Origin: Podarcis erhardii
Lineage: Eukaryota
NCBI GenBank assembly: GCA_964252035.1
Contig: OZ176202.1
Reading direction: 5' to 3' (one strand)
DNA length: 64,000 bases
How positions within the stretch are numbered: the first letter of the stretch is position 1; every line of letters starts with the position of its first letter. Positions 12,901 to 26,609 of this stretch are shown in pieces. A program made the translations under genes and the position numbers. The notes under the pieces are model-generated. The model searched no databases, was not told the DNA's origin, and saw only the letters and a program-made list of their open reading frames with translations.

Positions 12901-13784
12901 ACTCTTCCTAACTGAATATATTTTTTATCAAATTGAAAATGTGCTGCATCAAAAAATTAAATATTCACAGAACACAAATGTTGTTGTACCAACCCATCAT
13001 AAAATGGTGTGTTACAAATGCATGTACATGAACACTAAAAATATAGATCAGGGTACTAGTGTATAAACAAATGCACAATTTTTATGCCATATGCCTAGAA
13101 TACAGTATTGATTAATGGTATGAACATATAAGCATGCCATGATCCATTATGGGCTACCTTAGAACTGAGTCAGTTATCCCACTTCTCCAGTCTAGAGTCC
13201 CCACGCATATAGAAACAATAGGGCTCAGCTTTCATAAGATTGTTTCTTTTCCTTGACTAATTCAGAGATTTAAATATAGACTACATTCTATTGGTACCAT
13301 ACAACTTATTTTTATTGAAGCTAGCAAGTCTCCTGAACTTTACTAATATTTCTTCAAAGTATTGTCATTTTTTGTTTAAGGGTGCAATCCAAACCCTCTC
13401 GAGCCATAATTTGGACTTTTTGGAGCAGTACATCCACCACCCATCTGCACTCTGGTTGCTCACTGTGAATAGATGAGGAGGTACAGGACAACTGGAACAA
13501 ATTCCATCATCCGATGGCAGTGATTCCAGTGGATCCCAGTGTGGTTTAGCCCCTCCCTGAGGCACCCCTTTTGGGGGCTTGTTGCCAGCCCCCACAGGCA
13601 AGGATATGGCCAGTGGGTCTTCCCACTAAGCTCATTCATTGAGTACCATGATGGTTGGCTGGGTGAGCTGGGAGCACTGGTACATGGAAAATGAAGAAAA
13701 GGCTGATAAAGCAAATAAACAATGGCCCCAGCAATTTCCAATGAAAACTTAAGAAACTAAGGCAATTGACAAACCTGTACTCAC

Positions 13785-13942
13785 CTATAGCACACATTTT
13801 CAGTGCAAGGGTTGTGGACTTTAACAATGACAAACACATGTTGAAAATGAGAACGGATATTTTTTGGAGTAAAAGGAAGCGCTCCAGGCTCTTGGAAGAC
13901 AATAGTAACAATGTCATTTCCTATGTGCCTTTTCCTTAAAAG
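13785..13942 (-). CDS. SIPA1L2: SIPA1L2 coding exon 6 ([20 protein letters not shown]...CTENVCY), 158 nt, includes the catalytic Asn-thumb motif
   Basis: [10 protein letters not shown] is the established RapGAP catalytic helix and is intact here. Acceptor atctAG, donor TAG|GTGAGT, phase 0 to 2. Confidence 0.98.
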
Positions 13943-15864
13943 CTAGATGCAAAACAAACAAACAAAAACATTAAAATTCGTGACTACAATTTCCTTCACA
14001 TCCACTAGAAAAAAAGATAACTATTAAAAATGGCAATTATGTATTTAAAAAAACCCTACACTTTGATTAGTCACAATGTTCTTGTCTTGGCACAGGCAGC
14101 AACCTAAGTACGGTATGTTTTACAGGTCTTGTCTATACCGTTTGAAATACACAGCTATATAAAAAGGGGAAAGTGGTGGGTTGAGAATAGGTAAAATCTT
14201 AAACCAGTCTTGTTCAAGTATATGAAGCGCAGACCCACACTAAATAGCCCTTTAATCATTTACAAGATGCAAAATAACTTTTCATACATGAAATAAACAT
14301 TTCTTGTTTCCTTAAGATGTTTTTCCTCACTGTAGTGGTTTCTATATCTGCTAGAAATTCTCAACATTTTAAACCAATCTTTCCCCACCATAAAAAGCAC
14401 AACAGTCATCAAATATCTTCACAGGACAATTTTATTTCAATTAAGTTTGGAAATGCATCAGTGGACAAAGGCAGGCCAAGATCCAAGGATTCCTAAATGT
14501 ACGTTGAAGCGGTTCAACACAGCTTTTGCCTTTTATTTCCAGCTATTTCCACACTATTACAGTAACCTCCCAAACTTTTGGAAACAGCTTTTTGGGTAGT
14601 GTGTCTGCAGCAGAGTCTGTGAAAGAAAGGGGACCTCAGATATCCTGGCACACATTTAGAATCTCTCATGTGGTCCTTTGGATATTGCCCCAAACATGTA
14701 CATGCAGACATTCATATTACAGCTAAAGATTATATTTTGAAGTAACATATCTTAAGTAACATGACCTAGTATCAATTTAAATAACTTGTAACCATGTAAC
14801 AAGTATGTAATTAAAACATCAACCTTTTCTGTAATTATTTGGAAAGCTGAAAAGGTGTTGGAAATGTTACAATCCAGGAGCTCCACAGACATATACCGAT
14901 GTTCACATGTAGTTTTCTGGTGAATTTTTACTTCAGTACCAGAAGCTACTTCAGCTTCTCTTTGTTAGCTTAAAAGCAGAGCTGTCAGTGAAAGGAAATA
15001 CTGAAGCAACACAAAGTGTCTGTTAAGTCCATCTACCAGAAAGTTTCGATCTCAGAGCTTTTGGAAATGCTGCAATACCTTTTTGTATACTGTATTAATT
15101 TGGGATGTCCAGGATTAAGCTGGTAGAAAATTGAAGATATGACCTCTGCTGTATTCTGAGCTGTTTAAATTGAATTTTATTTAAAACATTACCTATTACT
15201 GGCTTTTGAAATGATGTAGATGACAGACATATGTGAATGAAAATCACAACTGTGGGTATGCATCTGGTGCACACTAAGGTATGGTATAGGGTACAACCCA
15301 ACTCTATTAAAATCAATGAAAGTTTTGCCATACCATTATAAGCCAGTAGCTGCAGTCCATTTTACAGCTACAGACACCAATTTCGGCGTGTTTTTATTGG
15401 GGCTTTACTTGGGTCTACAGGTGGACTAAAGTAATTGGACTGGATTAAACTAATCTGTTGCACTAGCAGAAGCCAGTGCAGCAAGTCCTAAGAGATTAAC
15501 AGGACTTGCCCCCCTCACCTTCACACCACTGCCCTCCCCATATCTGGTTGGGAGGGTCAGGAGAGCGCCCATAACAGGGTGCAGAGGGAGGAGTTCATTT
15601 TGCCTGGCAAGCAAAAGTAACTGTGCCGATGGAATGATCTCCTTGGGACAATGCTGAATTCCCCCCAAAGGCTCTATGGAAGTGAGTTTTATCACTGCTA
15701 GCACATCACCAAAATAAAAGTTCATGTACTGATCAGAGGTTGTTTCCCATATATTCAAATTATTCTAAAGTTGCAGAAAGTGACAATAATACCTTTGATT
15801 TCAGATTCATCCGTTAACAGTAACAGATTAAAAATCAGGAAACAGAAGTAAGAAGTAAATATTT

Positions 15865-15979
15865 CAGGGGTAGCCAACATGGTGACCTCCAGATGATTTG
15901 GATTACAACTCCCATCAGCCTTGATCATTAGCCATGCTGGCTAAGACTGAAAGAAGTTGCACCACATTGGCTATGCCTG
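15865..15979. mobile_element. hAT-type MITE, decayed
   Basis: Ends CAGGGGTAGCCAAC / ATTGGCTATGCCTG and core GGATTACAACTCCCATCAGCC. No TSD is recognisable. Confidence 0.7.
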
Positions 15980-18665
15980 CAGGAAAGTGTACAAACAGAA
16001 TGAACATTTTGCCTACTCCAGTCTGTGTGAGGAAAGGCATGTAAAAGCTAGTTGAGTGGAGGACAGATTTTTTCCAGAGGATCTCTAGAAGGCCCACTTA
16101 TGGGCTGCAAAGGTTCCTGAGTTTGGATGACATGCTAAGCCAAAACATAACTTAGCTCGGCACAGTGTAGCAGCAAAACAAACTAGGGAGGAGCAAAATG
16201 GACAATTTCCTTTTTGGGATCCCACATATTTGCCTCAAGTCATGGCTTGGCTTAGATATTAGGTGCTAATTGGGTTGAATAATAAATAACAGACATTTGC
16301 AATATAAACCTTTCTAAACTATTTTAAAGGGCGTCAATAGTTCCTGAAAGGAATTTGAGTCTTGTCACCAACATGCATAAACATATTTATTAAACGTAAT
16401 TGGATTAACCTAACCATATAAAACTAATTGGAACTCGTTCATTCTTTAAAATGTTAGCAAATAGGGTGAGATTTCTGAGGTACAACTAATATTTCAGTTA
16501 ACATAGCAGACAACCATTATAATCAGTACCATAAAGGCCTGTACAACATCATAAAAAAAACAGTAATAGAACCATATAATTATAAATGGGGAATTGAAAT
16601 GCAAGGAACAGGCAAGGAGAGTTAAATAGATGATATTTATATGTAATACATTGATCTCGGTAGGACTGTATAAATGGAATGCAAATTGAATGGAGAAAAA
16701 GGTATGAAAAAAAGAGAGACACTGTTCTGAAAACTGAAGAAAATGGTATGTAACTATTATACAGAGCTTGTTTTCATATCTCTAAGTTCTTTCCCCCTAT
16801 CTCTCCTTATTTGTTCAACTGCCCTTCCAACACACTCTTAACAATGATACAATTCAATTGGGATTTTAAATATAGTACATAGGTCAAGTGGGATTATTTT
16901 CAGGAAGTAATACAATATTGACAATAAGACCCTAATAACAGTTTTCACCTTAGTTCTAAAACAATATTACCTTGGAAGTAAGGTCCACTGATAATAGTAT
17001 TTTTTTTTAAAGAAATGTAATCACAACCTTAATTGGTGTGGTAAATCTAAATATGAATCCAGTAAAATATCAGCATTAATGAACTTAATTTTAATATGAA
17101 ATAGTATCAAATTAAGAGAATGTTAGAAAAGAAATATCTACCACTTTTAAAAATAATGTATTAGTTCTGATCTGACCTTAATTATAGACCTTCAATTTAC
17201 TTTACCGACTCTGTTTTTCCTAACGTGCTAATCAAATGTGATTTTAAGTTTTCCAGATAATCTGAAATGCGATGCACCACCTAATCTGTCCCTTTAGCAT
17301 ATTTTTATTCAAATCTAAGCTTCCCAAGCTAAATTGACCATTATCGGACAGCTAAAGCCACAGCAATCTATTTCTGTAAGCCTTAATTGCTTGCTCAAGC
17401 TAAAGCAACAAAGCTATCCTGTCATATTACATAAAGCATCTTTCTTCATTCAATTTAATGGGGGGGAATGAAAAGACATCACAAGAAACCTTCAAGCTTA
17501 TTTTAATTTAGTAATAAAATAAGTGGTTTCATAATAAGTTTGAATTATAATATGTTAATATTTACATATACAAAGATCACATATTTCAATCAGACCTGAT
17601 TAAAACTAGGAAAATTCCAAACACTGAAGAAGCATTTAATCTTACATACCAAGACAGTAACTCGTTTTCAATTTTTTATTATTATTATTATATCAGACAA
17701 GGAGATAACTTGACAACAGATTTGGATTAATCAGATCTGACCAAAGATAACAAAAGCAAATGGCAGAAGTGTGAGGAAATATTGCAAGGAAATGATCTGG
17801 AAAGGGTGTCTACAAGGGTAAAAGTTCAACAGGAGAAGCCTTTAACTGTGATGTGTAAGGAAAGCCAATACAAGGAGGTGGTACTGGCCACACCAGAGTG
17901 GGTAGCTCCCTCTGTTCTGATCAGAACACAGAGTGAAGACTCCCCACCCTATATTGCAGCCAAAGTGAAAAATTACCTGTGTGTTTGGATCTCCTGCTCG
18001 CTCTAAAACTAGAGGGATGTCCTGATCAGTGACCAAGCAGGGCGTAGTTATTTCCTAGAAAAAGCAACAGACAGTTCTGGTGTGGCCTATTTCTGGCTCA
18101 CAGGTAATTGGATTTTATGAAATGTTCATTGGAGATAGTGCTCACAGTAGCTGGCTACATACCTTGGCCAGTGACCATACGAGGTATAATGGATGTATAA
18201 ACCTATTCACACCATAATTTCAGTGGGAGGCTAAACCTCTAGATCCCATTCAAATCTAAGATGGGAAGTTCCCAAATGACTCGGATAAGTGGGTGAAACA
18301 AGATAAGCCCTGTACACAAAGTAAAATTTCTATACCACAGGGCTGGTAAGACTGTTCCTTGAGGACAGCAGCAACTTTATCTGTGATGCTGAATCTTAGC
18401 TTCCTGTGTGTCTCAGAGGGAAAGGTTTGTTATTTTATGTGAATTGTTCCTAGCTTGTCGAGAATACTTCCATGGGTACATTCTACATTATATAGTTTGG
18501 CAATGAGGTACCAACAGAAAGAGAAAATAAACATTCATTAGCTATTTCTTCTACACATTAAGGCTGGCTAAATGTTGATTACTAGAGTGTGCTTATCACA
18601 TTTTATTGAAAAGTGTCCATGCTGTGCAAATACCACTGGCATCCAGTATCATAAAAAATAATGTG

Positions 18666-19059
18666 GGGGGCCTTCAGATCTCAGTTGCCTGGTTTGCGCA
18701 TAACGCTAAATCAAATTATGGTTTAGTGTGAACAAAGAAGTGTACTTTGCTCCTGCAGCAACACTATCAATAGCTAAGCCATGTCTTTGCTTAGCCTTAT
18801 GAACTAGAGCTCATGGTTCATCTCACTCCAAACAAACCACAATGTGTAGCCAAAGTTTGTTCTCGGCTTACTGTTCTCGGCTTGATTTGGGGGAGACAAA
18901 CCGTAAGCCCAAGTTTGCTAAGTCAAACCATGGTTTATCTCTTGGTAGTGAAACAGCAGGGAAGGAGCTAAGCAGCCACAATTTTCACTATGTGCACCAG
19001 CACACTGTTTTGTTCAAATTAAGCCATAGTTCGGCTTAGTGATACATGCAAATGAGGCC
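18666..19059. repeat. Longer decayed member of the AAACCATGGTTTA palindromic family
   Basis: Several AAACCATGGTTTA, TAAGCCAT and GGCTTAG motifs in both orientations, with GGCC at both ends. Boundaries are approximate. Confidence 0.5.
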
Positions 19060-19907
19060 AATATTACCTAAATATGGAAAACTTCCACATTATTTTATCC
19101 AAAGAAATCCATAGAACATACTATGATATTACTGCTAAATATACCAAGACTGTCCAAGGTACAAAGACTGATGAGTGTTTACTAAAACATTGTGGAAGGG
19201 TGTGATTGTTACTGGGGAAATAATGGAATTAGGCTGGAAAATTTTGAGGATAAACCAAGAAGAGGCTTTAGTTTGTCTAGAGAGGAAGACACATTAGGGA
19301 ATATTTAGGTAAAGATATAAGCAAAGGTAAGAAAACTGAAGAGTGAAATGAGTGGCTCAAGCAAACACAATAGTGAGGGTGACAAACGCCATACAATTCT
19401 GGAAGAAGTGGATCAAGGTAAAAGGTTATTTCCTATGCTCACAGTTTAGGTAAAACCGAGACAAAGACTAACATTCAACATCAAGTAAGGGTTTAATGTA
19501 TTGTCATTGCCTGCAATTAGGAACAAAAATATTTGAAATCAACATTGAGTATATCTTTTGTAGAAGTATTTTCTACAATAGTTAAACTTTGCAATTTAAA
19601 CCCATCCACAGATAGATTACAGTTTCTCAAACATTTTGTTATTCCAGTGTATACTGTCTTTTGTGTCATATTGGAGGGAATAAAATATTTGCAAATAGAT
19701 GCAGTAAGCTCCTTGTTCACAACTTTGATATGTTAACCTATCACCTTGGGAATGTGCACTGGATCACAAAGAAATTTAAGTGTTTCTAAATTACATGGAA
19801 ATTTAATTAACTTCATATGATAGATGGAATTTTTTCTGTATCATCATAAATGGTCAAAATGGTTCCAAAAACCATAGGTAGACCAAATATGGAAGTTGTA
19901 TAGCGGA

Positions 19908-20085
19908 AGGGACATAGCTCACTGGTAGAGCATTTGCTTTGTGTGCAAAAGGTCCCAAGTTCAGTTCCTGGCATTTCTAGTTGTAGGGCTGGAAATGTCC
20001 CCTTATCAGAAACCCTAGTTTCTGTTGCTAGTTAGTGTCGACAGTACTGAGGTAGATGTATTCTAAAGCCGTTTCCTATATGCCT
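19908..20085 (+). mobile_element. tRNA-derived SINE with L2-like tail (Squam2-like), diverged
   Basis: A-box head GGGACATAGCTCACTGGTAGAGCATTTGC, degenerate B box, body ...GTCGACAGTACTGAGGTAGATG and tail TTTCCTATATG. Confidence 0.75.
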
Positions 20086-21142
20086 TTCACGTATAATTTC
20101 TAGCTTTTAAAAGGTGTTGCTGCAATATTTTCTCATTAGCTAGAACTGTGCAGGTCTACTATTAAGACTTTCTCTTTATCCAACTAAGAGGCACTTGCTT
20201 TGGGAATAGTTTCCCACTGAAAACAATAGAAAGTACACCTGAGTTAAAATAGTACAAAACAAGCTATAAAGTTCTGATAGTGGTTGAAATAACAAAGAGA
20301 TCCTAGTTTGGTGAATTTGGTAAACAAGACAGCCGGTTACCCCTACCCACTTCTAGGAAAGTGATTTGCCAATTATTATAAAACTATTTTTATACATCTA
20401 CGAAGCTATTCTTTTAGAACTCCAGAATTGCAAGTTCTGCCACATTCTCAACTTGCCCACTTTAAGCATAAATCTAATATCATACAACCTAACTACTACA
20501 ATTTTAGCTACTCTCCCAAAACAAATTCACCACAGATAAGGAAATAACTTTTATATATCTGCCAATAAGTCTGAAAATATGTTTGCAGACATCCTTATTC
20601 TTTGTGCAGATACACAAGGAACTGTTGTTGCTTCTTTTATCTACACACACTGGCTTGTGGAATGTTACACTCTGAGCAGTAATCTCATTTGTGAATGGCT
20701 ACTTTATTCACACATTAAATTCATAGAAGTGGGAATATATTATACATTTTAAAATATCTATTACTTTTAAACCCCATTTATAAAGCGAACTTATACCAAA
20801 GGTATTATTTATATCAATTAGTACAGGCAAAGACAGGGTTAACCTTACAAAAACAAAAAAGAAAAGAAAATCATAATTCAATTCAAGCCAATGGCAAAAG
20901 CCCATTAACTTCAAATCATTCAAGACTGCAACCATTAGGATTCTACAAAACCTCTGATGCAATGTCATTTTTAGCCATCCTTAATGCTGCAAGATATTCT
21001 AAACTAGAACAGAATGGTACATGTTCAAACATTAACTGTATTTGCTATATAATGCTCTATTATCTATGTGCATAACAGACAAGCAGTATGTTAAGTTATT
21101 AGAATACCAAAACTTACACCATGAAAAATCAAATTACATATA

Positions 21143-21497
21143 CAGTGGTGCCCTGCAAGATGAACGCCTCGCAAGACGGAAAACCCGCTAGACGAAAGGG
21201 TTTTCCGTTTTGGAGGTGCTTCGCTAAACGAATTTCTCTATGAGGTTGCTTCGCAAGACGAAAAATCTTGCGAGTTCCCGCGGGGTTTTTTTCGCTTTTT
21301 TCGCCCTTTTCCTAAGCGCTAAGTCGCTTAACAGCTGATCCGCTGATAAGCCGCTTCTCAGCTGATCGCTAAAAGCCGCTAGACCGCTAATAGCGCTAAT
21401 CCGCTAAGCTGTCAATGGGCTTGCTTCGCAAGACGAAAAAACCGCTAGACGAAGAGAATCGCAGAACGGATTCTTTTCGTCTTGCGAGGCACCACTG
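21143..21497. mobile_element. Tc1/mariner (Tigger-like) MITE, 355 bp
   Basis: TIRs CAGTGGTGCCCTGCAAGATGAA / TTCGTCTTGCGAGGCACCACTG and TA TSDs at 21141-21142 and 21498-21499. The interior is CpG-rich with repeated CGCT(A)AG and GCAAGACGAA subunits. Confidence 0.92.
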
Positions 21498-21883
21498 TAC
21501 TTGCATCTTTTAAATGCACATTATTAAAAATTAGGCTGGATTCAGTTTGTTTTAGTAGGAGAGGAAGTATTTAAGTTCCCAGAAGTATCTGTATCACTGA
21601 ATACTGGCAATTCAGTGAAATAATTTATTCTCTGTTTTTTAAAAATGGAAAGACCAGATAGAAAAAATAATAGTTAACAGAATAAACTTTTGGGTCAAAG
21701 CAGAAGTAATAAACCTAAGCATTTTAATCCGTAAGCAATATGCAATCCTCAAGTTAAAATAATAACAACAATAATTTTTACTGAGTATTCATACCAAACA
21801 TTTCAACAAAAAAAATACATTCTACAAACAACTTCTCAGACAAGAAATCATGCATGATTCCCTAAAGCTGACTTGAGACATAC

Positions 21884-21987
21884 CTGTTGCCTGTTACTGG
21901 GCATATATGGAAGCATAGTTGACACATGAAACATTATTTCGTAATCTTTGTAGGTAGTATAAAGGGAATGTGTTCCAGTTGAATCGG
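21884..21987 (-). CDS. SIPA1L2: SIPA1L2 coding exon 5 ([35 protein letters not shown]), 104 nt, RapGAP domain
   Basis: Contains the RapGAP motif [11 protein letters not shown]. Acceptor tttcAG, donor CAG|GTATGT, phase 1 to 0. Confidence 0.97.
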
Positions 21988-22311
21988 CTGAAATTAAAGT
22001 CCACAAGTGGGTCAATGAAGACAATGCAGAAATTCAAGTATAATATAAACATCTCTCCTCCCCACCACTGGGCCGCAAAAAAAACACCATCCAGCAAATA
22101 TGACAGTTCCATATAAATTCCAAATAGTTTCAGAAGCCATATGTCCCTATTGTAATTTGGCAGTCAACTATTTCCTGTGGCAAGTGAAAGTTGCATGCCA
22201 TTCAATGGGTGCAGCACAACCACTAAGACAGAGTATGCAAAACACAGCCACTTACGTAACCCCTTGTTTTCCTCACCAAGGAAACCAGCTGCTGGGTCTG
22301 GTCTCCCTAGA

Positions 22312-22650
22312 GCAAGGATGAGGAACCTCAGGCCCAAATTTGGCCCCTCCAGGCCCCTCCGTCCAGTCCTCATGCCTCTTCGGAATACCTCTCTACCACT
22401 TCAGGCTACATCCCTCACTGCTCCTACTCCATGCCCTCATCTTTGCCTGTCTGTAGTATGTCCTTCAATTGTAATGATGCCTTCTGCTTGCCTGGATGGA
22501 GGATGGAGATGGGTGTCAGTGTGGGTGTGTCTGGACAGCTCTGCATGGTTGGAATGTAGTCAACTGCACAAAGATAAAACTCATCTGTTGCTATGACTCT
22601 GGCCCTAAGCATCAGCATGCAGGCCTGGAACACCATCTGGCCCCACTGTA
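22312..22650. mobile_element. hAT-type MITE, decayed
   Basis: Starts with GAGGAACCTCAGGCCCAAATTTGGCCCCTCCAGGCCC, typical of Charlie/hAT MITE ends. The other end is poorly defined. Confidence 0.5.
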
Positions 22651-22813
22651 GGGTGACTGTGCTCAGACTGGAAGGGAAGAAAGAAATGCAGTGTAGATGC
22701 TGTCTCTGTGATCTCTGTGTAATCTGCATTTACAGAAGGAAAGCACTTTGGCATAACAGATTCTCTTATTTTTATACTTTTAGTGTTTATTACAATTTAT
22801 TATTAAAACTTAC

Positions 22814-22988
22814 TTTTATTGTCTAGCTGAGCTCGGTATTTATTGAAACCTTTCAGCCATACTCTCTGACCTAGGAGATCAAGGAATTCGTCAAAAGCCG
22901 GTCCTGCGGTCTCATTGTTATACATCTCCTCCTCAGTGCTTTGGCCTGCTTTGCAATACAGGATCCCAATCTTGTGCTGAAAACTCAG
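22814..22988 (-). CDS. SIPA1L2: SIPA1L2 coding exon 4 ([26 protein letters not shown]...RAQLDNK), 175 nt, RapGAP domain
   Basis: Translated by hand and contains the RapGAP motif [18 protein letters not shown]. Acceptor ttacAG, donor AAA|GTAAGT, phase 0 to 1. Confidence 0.97.
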
Positions 22989-25124
22989 CTGTAATTAGGA
23001 AAAAAACTAGTCAGAGCAGAAAAAGTATCTAAAACAGGGTCTGACAGATATATTTTGTAACCCTAGTAAGCATTTTTCAGTTTAGGATCGACATATTTGA
23101 ACTTCCCCAGAACAGCAGCTAATGCCAATTCTGGCACACTAGCTGAACTTTACTTCTTTACTTCTACTTGTGATGGATAAATCAAGCCTTCCCAAAGCCC
23201 CTGTGCAGTATTAATCATTGGATCATTTGCAGCTGAGTATCCTCATTCTCTCTAAGGTTTTCTTTTCTTTTCAGAGGCCAAAATACATGTTATACCTATT
23301 GAGATAATCTCTGAAGTGAAATGTGATTTTAGGATTGCTTTGTACTGTCTACATCATCTAGCAAAATGGGACACCTTATGTTGATCCCAGTGCAAATGCA
23401 TTTGGGCTAATTTAAGATATTGCCTGCATAAGCAGGAACATCAGCTTCTGCTGCTCTGGGTGAATGAATTCCCCATTTGTCTTTTGTAAGTGGTTGTCTG
23501 TAAAGAATATGAAGTGTAAGCAGAAAGCACCAGATATGGAAGATGTGAGTACTAAAAGCTCTGGCATATTCAACCAAAAAAGACCACATAAATTAGTTAC
23601 TCTTGCATCAGGAAAAAAAAATACTGTTTTTTTCTAACTTAAATTTCAGATACCTGAAGTTCAATGGATTCTCCCTCCTCTGCAATACCAGCCATTTTCT
23701 CTATTTTCCCAATTATGTGAAGGATTTTGGTGGAGGTGGGGGTGAAGTTTATACAAGTTCCCTTTTAGATTGTAACTACTGTTGACACAATCAGCCTGCT
23801 TATTTCTGACAATAATTGCAGGTGAACTAAAGCATCTATAATGTAAGTATGTATTGCCAATTGATTGTAACAAATAGTGATTATTTTCACCATAGCAATT
23901 GATTTGATCTCTTCTATATTCAACTTTATCAAAAACTTCTAGTAGTATCAAAATAGGATGAATCCAGTGTTCCTACATCCATTCTATTCGCATTTCCCCT
24001 TCCTGTTAAAAATTAACCAAGTGATAGAAAGCAGCAGTCTTCCTGTACTGCTTTCAGATATCCAGCCATGCTCAAGGCTCATAATCACATACACTGAAAA
24101 ATACTTATTTGGTCAAAATACATCCTCTGGCTACAGAATAAAAAATGTATGTCATTGAATCAATGAGGTGTGCTGTATAAAGAATATTGCTCTATGGAAT
24201 GAGGAATCCAGGGGGCAAATCCCAGCTCAAAAAACCCAGAGTGGTTTATTATTTATTAATTTGTTTTTTAAAAATGGTGGTTGACTGGTCCAAGGTCACC
24301 TTGGAGTCAAGACGTGAGAATCACATGAGACATCCTCATATATGGTGTCCTGAGCTCCTTGGAAGAAGCCGGATATTTACCTTATTCATCATATTTGTAT
24401 AAGGCTGACTAAAATGATGCTCTATATATGCATTTCTATATAAAATGATCAATTATGCCTTTTATAATCTTGCAGAACAGTGTCTGCCTTATCAAACCAA
24501 TTAATCTCACCATTATTCACTCTGAATTTAAAGTATATGTTCATTTCATTGCTCATGCAGTGTTAACTTGTTAAATAGTCCCAATTAGAATTTCAGCTGT
24601 TTGATCCATCATATATTCCACATCAAGTAAGAAGACTGCCACTGTGAATAAGGTGTGCTAATTATAATTAGTAAAGGAAAATCTGAAAAGGTGAAAGATT
24701 GGCAAACCAATGATTTTCTCTTTAATACAATGTGCAGCTTTCTAATATTGGGTGTTTACCAAAAATGGCTTACTAAACTGTATTTTACCTCCAAGGAAAG
24801 CACAGCCATTTGTGCTTGAGATTAGTATGTGTAAATGTGCATTTTGTATATTTATTGTTTTATGTGAACCACTTTTATTTGAAGCAGTATATAAATAAGC
24901 TAACATGTAAACAACCAAAAACCCTACAAAACTATCTTACTGTAATATAAATACACAGAAAGTCCCCTTTTGTTAAAGTTCCTTAAAAATCTCCTTCACT
25001 TATCGTAAGTTAACTGCATTTCCACAGACAGGTCAGATCAAATTCAGTTGTATTTATGACAACAAAACACTGCAATAAGACAACTCACAGGCACGCAAGT
25101 TCAGGCAAGGCATGCAATACCTAC

Positions 25125-25313
25125 CCCTTGTTCGTCAAGTTTAAGCAGCTGTTCAGAAACTTTGGGTGAGTTGGAAGCTTGCCGTAGGCACTGAATGCTC
25201 AGTTCTGGTATTACATATTCCAATACTTCTTTAAGAGGTAAACCGCGTGCTGTGCCATGTCTAGCAGTAGATGGAATAGCATCTTCTAAAATGGCTCCCC
25301 TCAACGTGGTAAG
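25125..25313 (-). CDS. SIPA1L2: SIPA1L2 coding exon 3 ([20 protein letters not shown]...LLKLDEQG), 189 nt, start of the RapGAP region
   Basis: Overlaps ORF-track entry 25101..25304. Acceptor ctgtAG, donor GGG|GTAGGT, phase 0 to 0. Confidence 0.97.
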
Positions 25314-26587
25314 CTACAGCAAGAGTATAGGTCTTAATAAATGTTTATCATTGTAACACAATCTTCAACAAGGAAAAGGAAAATACAAACTCTATTAAGC
25401 TGTTACTGCCTGAACCTGCGTAGGGAGAAGTAGGAACATGCATGCTAGCCTTACCCCCAACCTTGCTACGCTGAATGGGAAGGTTTGACAGGGGATTAAG
25501 TGCATTTGACTGAACTTATATAGAACTGCACTATCAAGGATTGTGGAGAGTATTCTAAATGCATTCATCCGGCACATGGTGCTAGGTTAGGTTGGGGAAC
25601 CTACACTAGCTTGAGCAATAATGCTTGAATAGGCTACACTTATGCTTCATTGACTGTGGTGCTGGCCAACAGCAATTAGCAAAACTTCAAAATTCAACTA
25701 AAGACACACATTGAAAAGAATAAAATAAGCAGAAGGGTTAACAGTCAGAATCAGGTGTCTATTGAAACATGTTCACAAGCAGTATATTTTCAGCAATAGC
25801 ACTTGGAGGTTAGCATGAAACCATCACTTTGGGCTCAGTTTCCAGCCCCCAAGAAGGTTTTATATAAACTTCATAAACTGCACCAGCAAACTATATGGCA
25901 AAATACATCCTTTAATTCTGTGTATGCTAGCCAATGTAAGATCTGAGAAACTTTTATCACAAATGTCATACACAGCCATTCCCATGATTAATTAACAAGA
26001 GAAGGAAAACTGAACCGAAAAACTACCTATAACTGAAATTAACGGTGGACAACCAGATTTTGGTATGTGTTTTGTTAAAGCTGCCTAAGAAAGTGCCTGA
26101 GGCTTAATTAGCATCCCTCCTACGACTTCAGATGCTATTGTTTTTTAAATCTTGAACATGCCATTATTTTACAACAAATTACCCTACTGTGCTTTACACT
26201 GAAAAAAGAAATAGCTAGAACATCCAACAACACAAAATAAAATAGACATTTAAAGTATTTTGTTAAAGAGGAATTCTATGTCACATCCCCTTTCTCCCTT
26301 CCCCCTCTCAAAACATTATTCCTTTCCACTCTCTTCCCAAGCCTGCTTATACTTTTATAATCCTCTTCTGTCAAGCATCTGCAGCCATACTTATCTTCTA
26401 CACTCTCAGGCTCACCATCTGTTTATTTTTGAAAAGTGTACCCATTTCCTTCATTCCTCAATAGGGAAAATGAATTTCTGGCATAAGAACTGCTAGGCTC
26501 CAATATGTTTTGATTCTACAAGAGCCATCATATTCTATCTATCTATAAGCACATCCACAAAATAATGTAAAACTACTGCAATCCTAT

Positions 26588-26609
26588 ACACACACACACA
26601 CACACACAC
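26588..26609. repeat. (AC)11 microsatellite inside a GCAATCCTA-type short repeat
   Basis: Read directly from the sequence. Confidence 0.95.

Noticed and set aside
19908-19985. tRNA-like sequences at 19908, 33108, 53735 and 54935
   Set aside because: They are SINE heads followed by SINE bodies and tails. They have no complete cloverleaf, so they are not tRNA genes.
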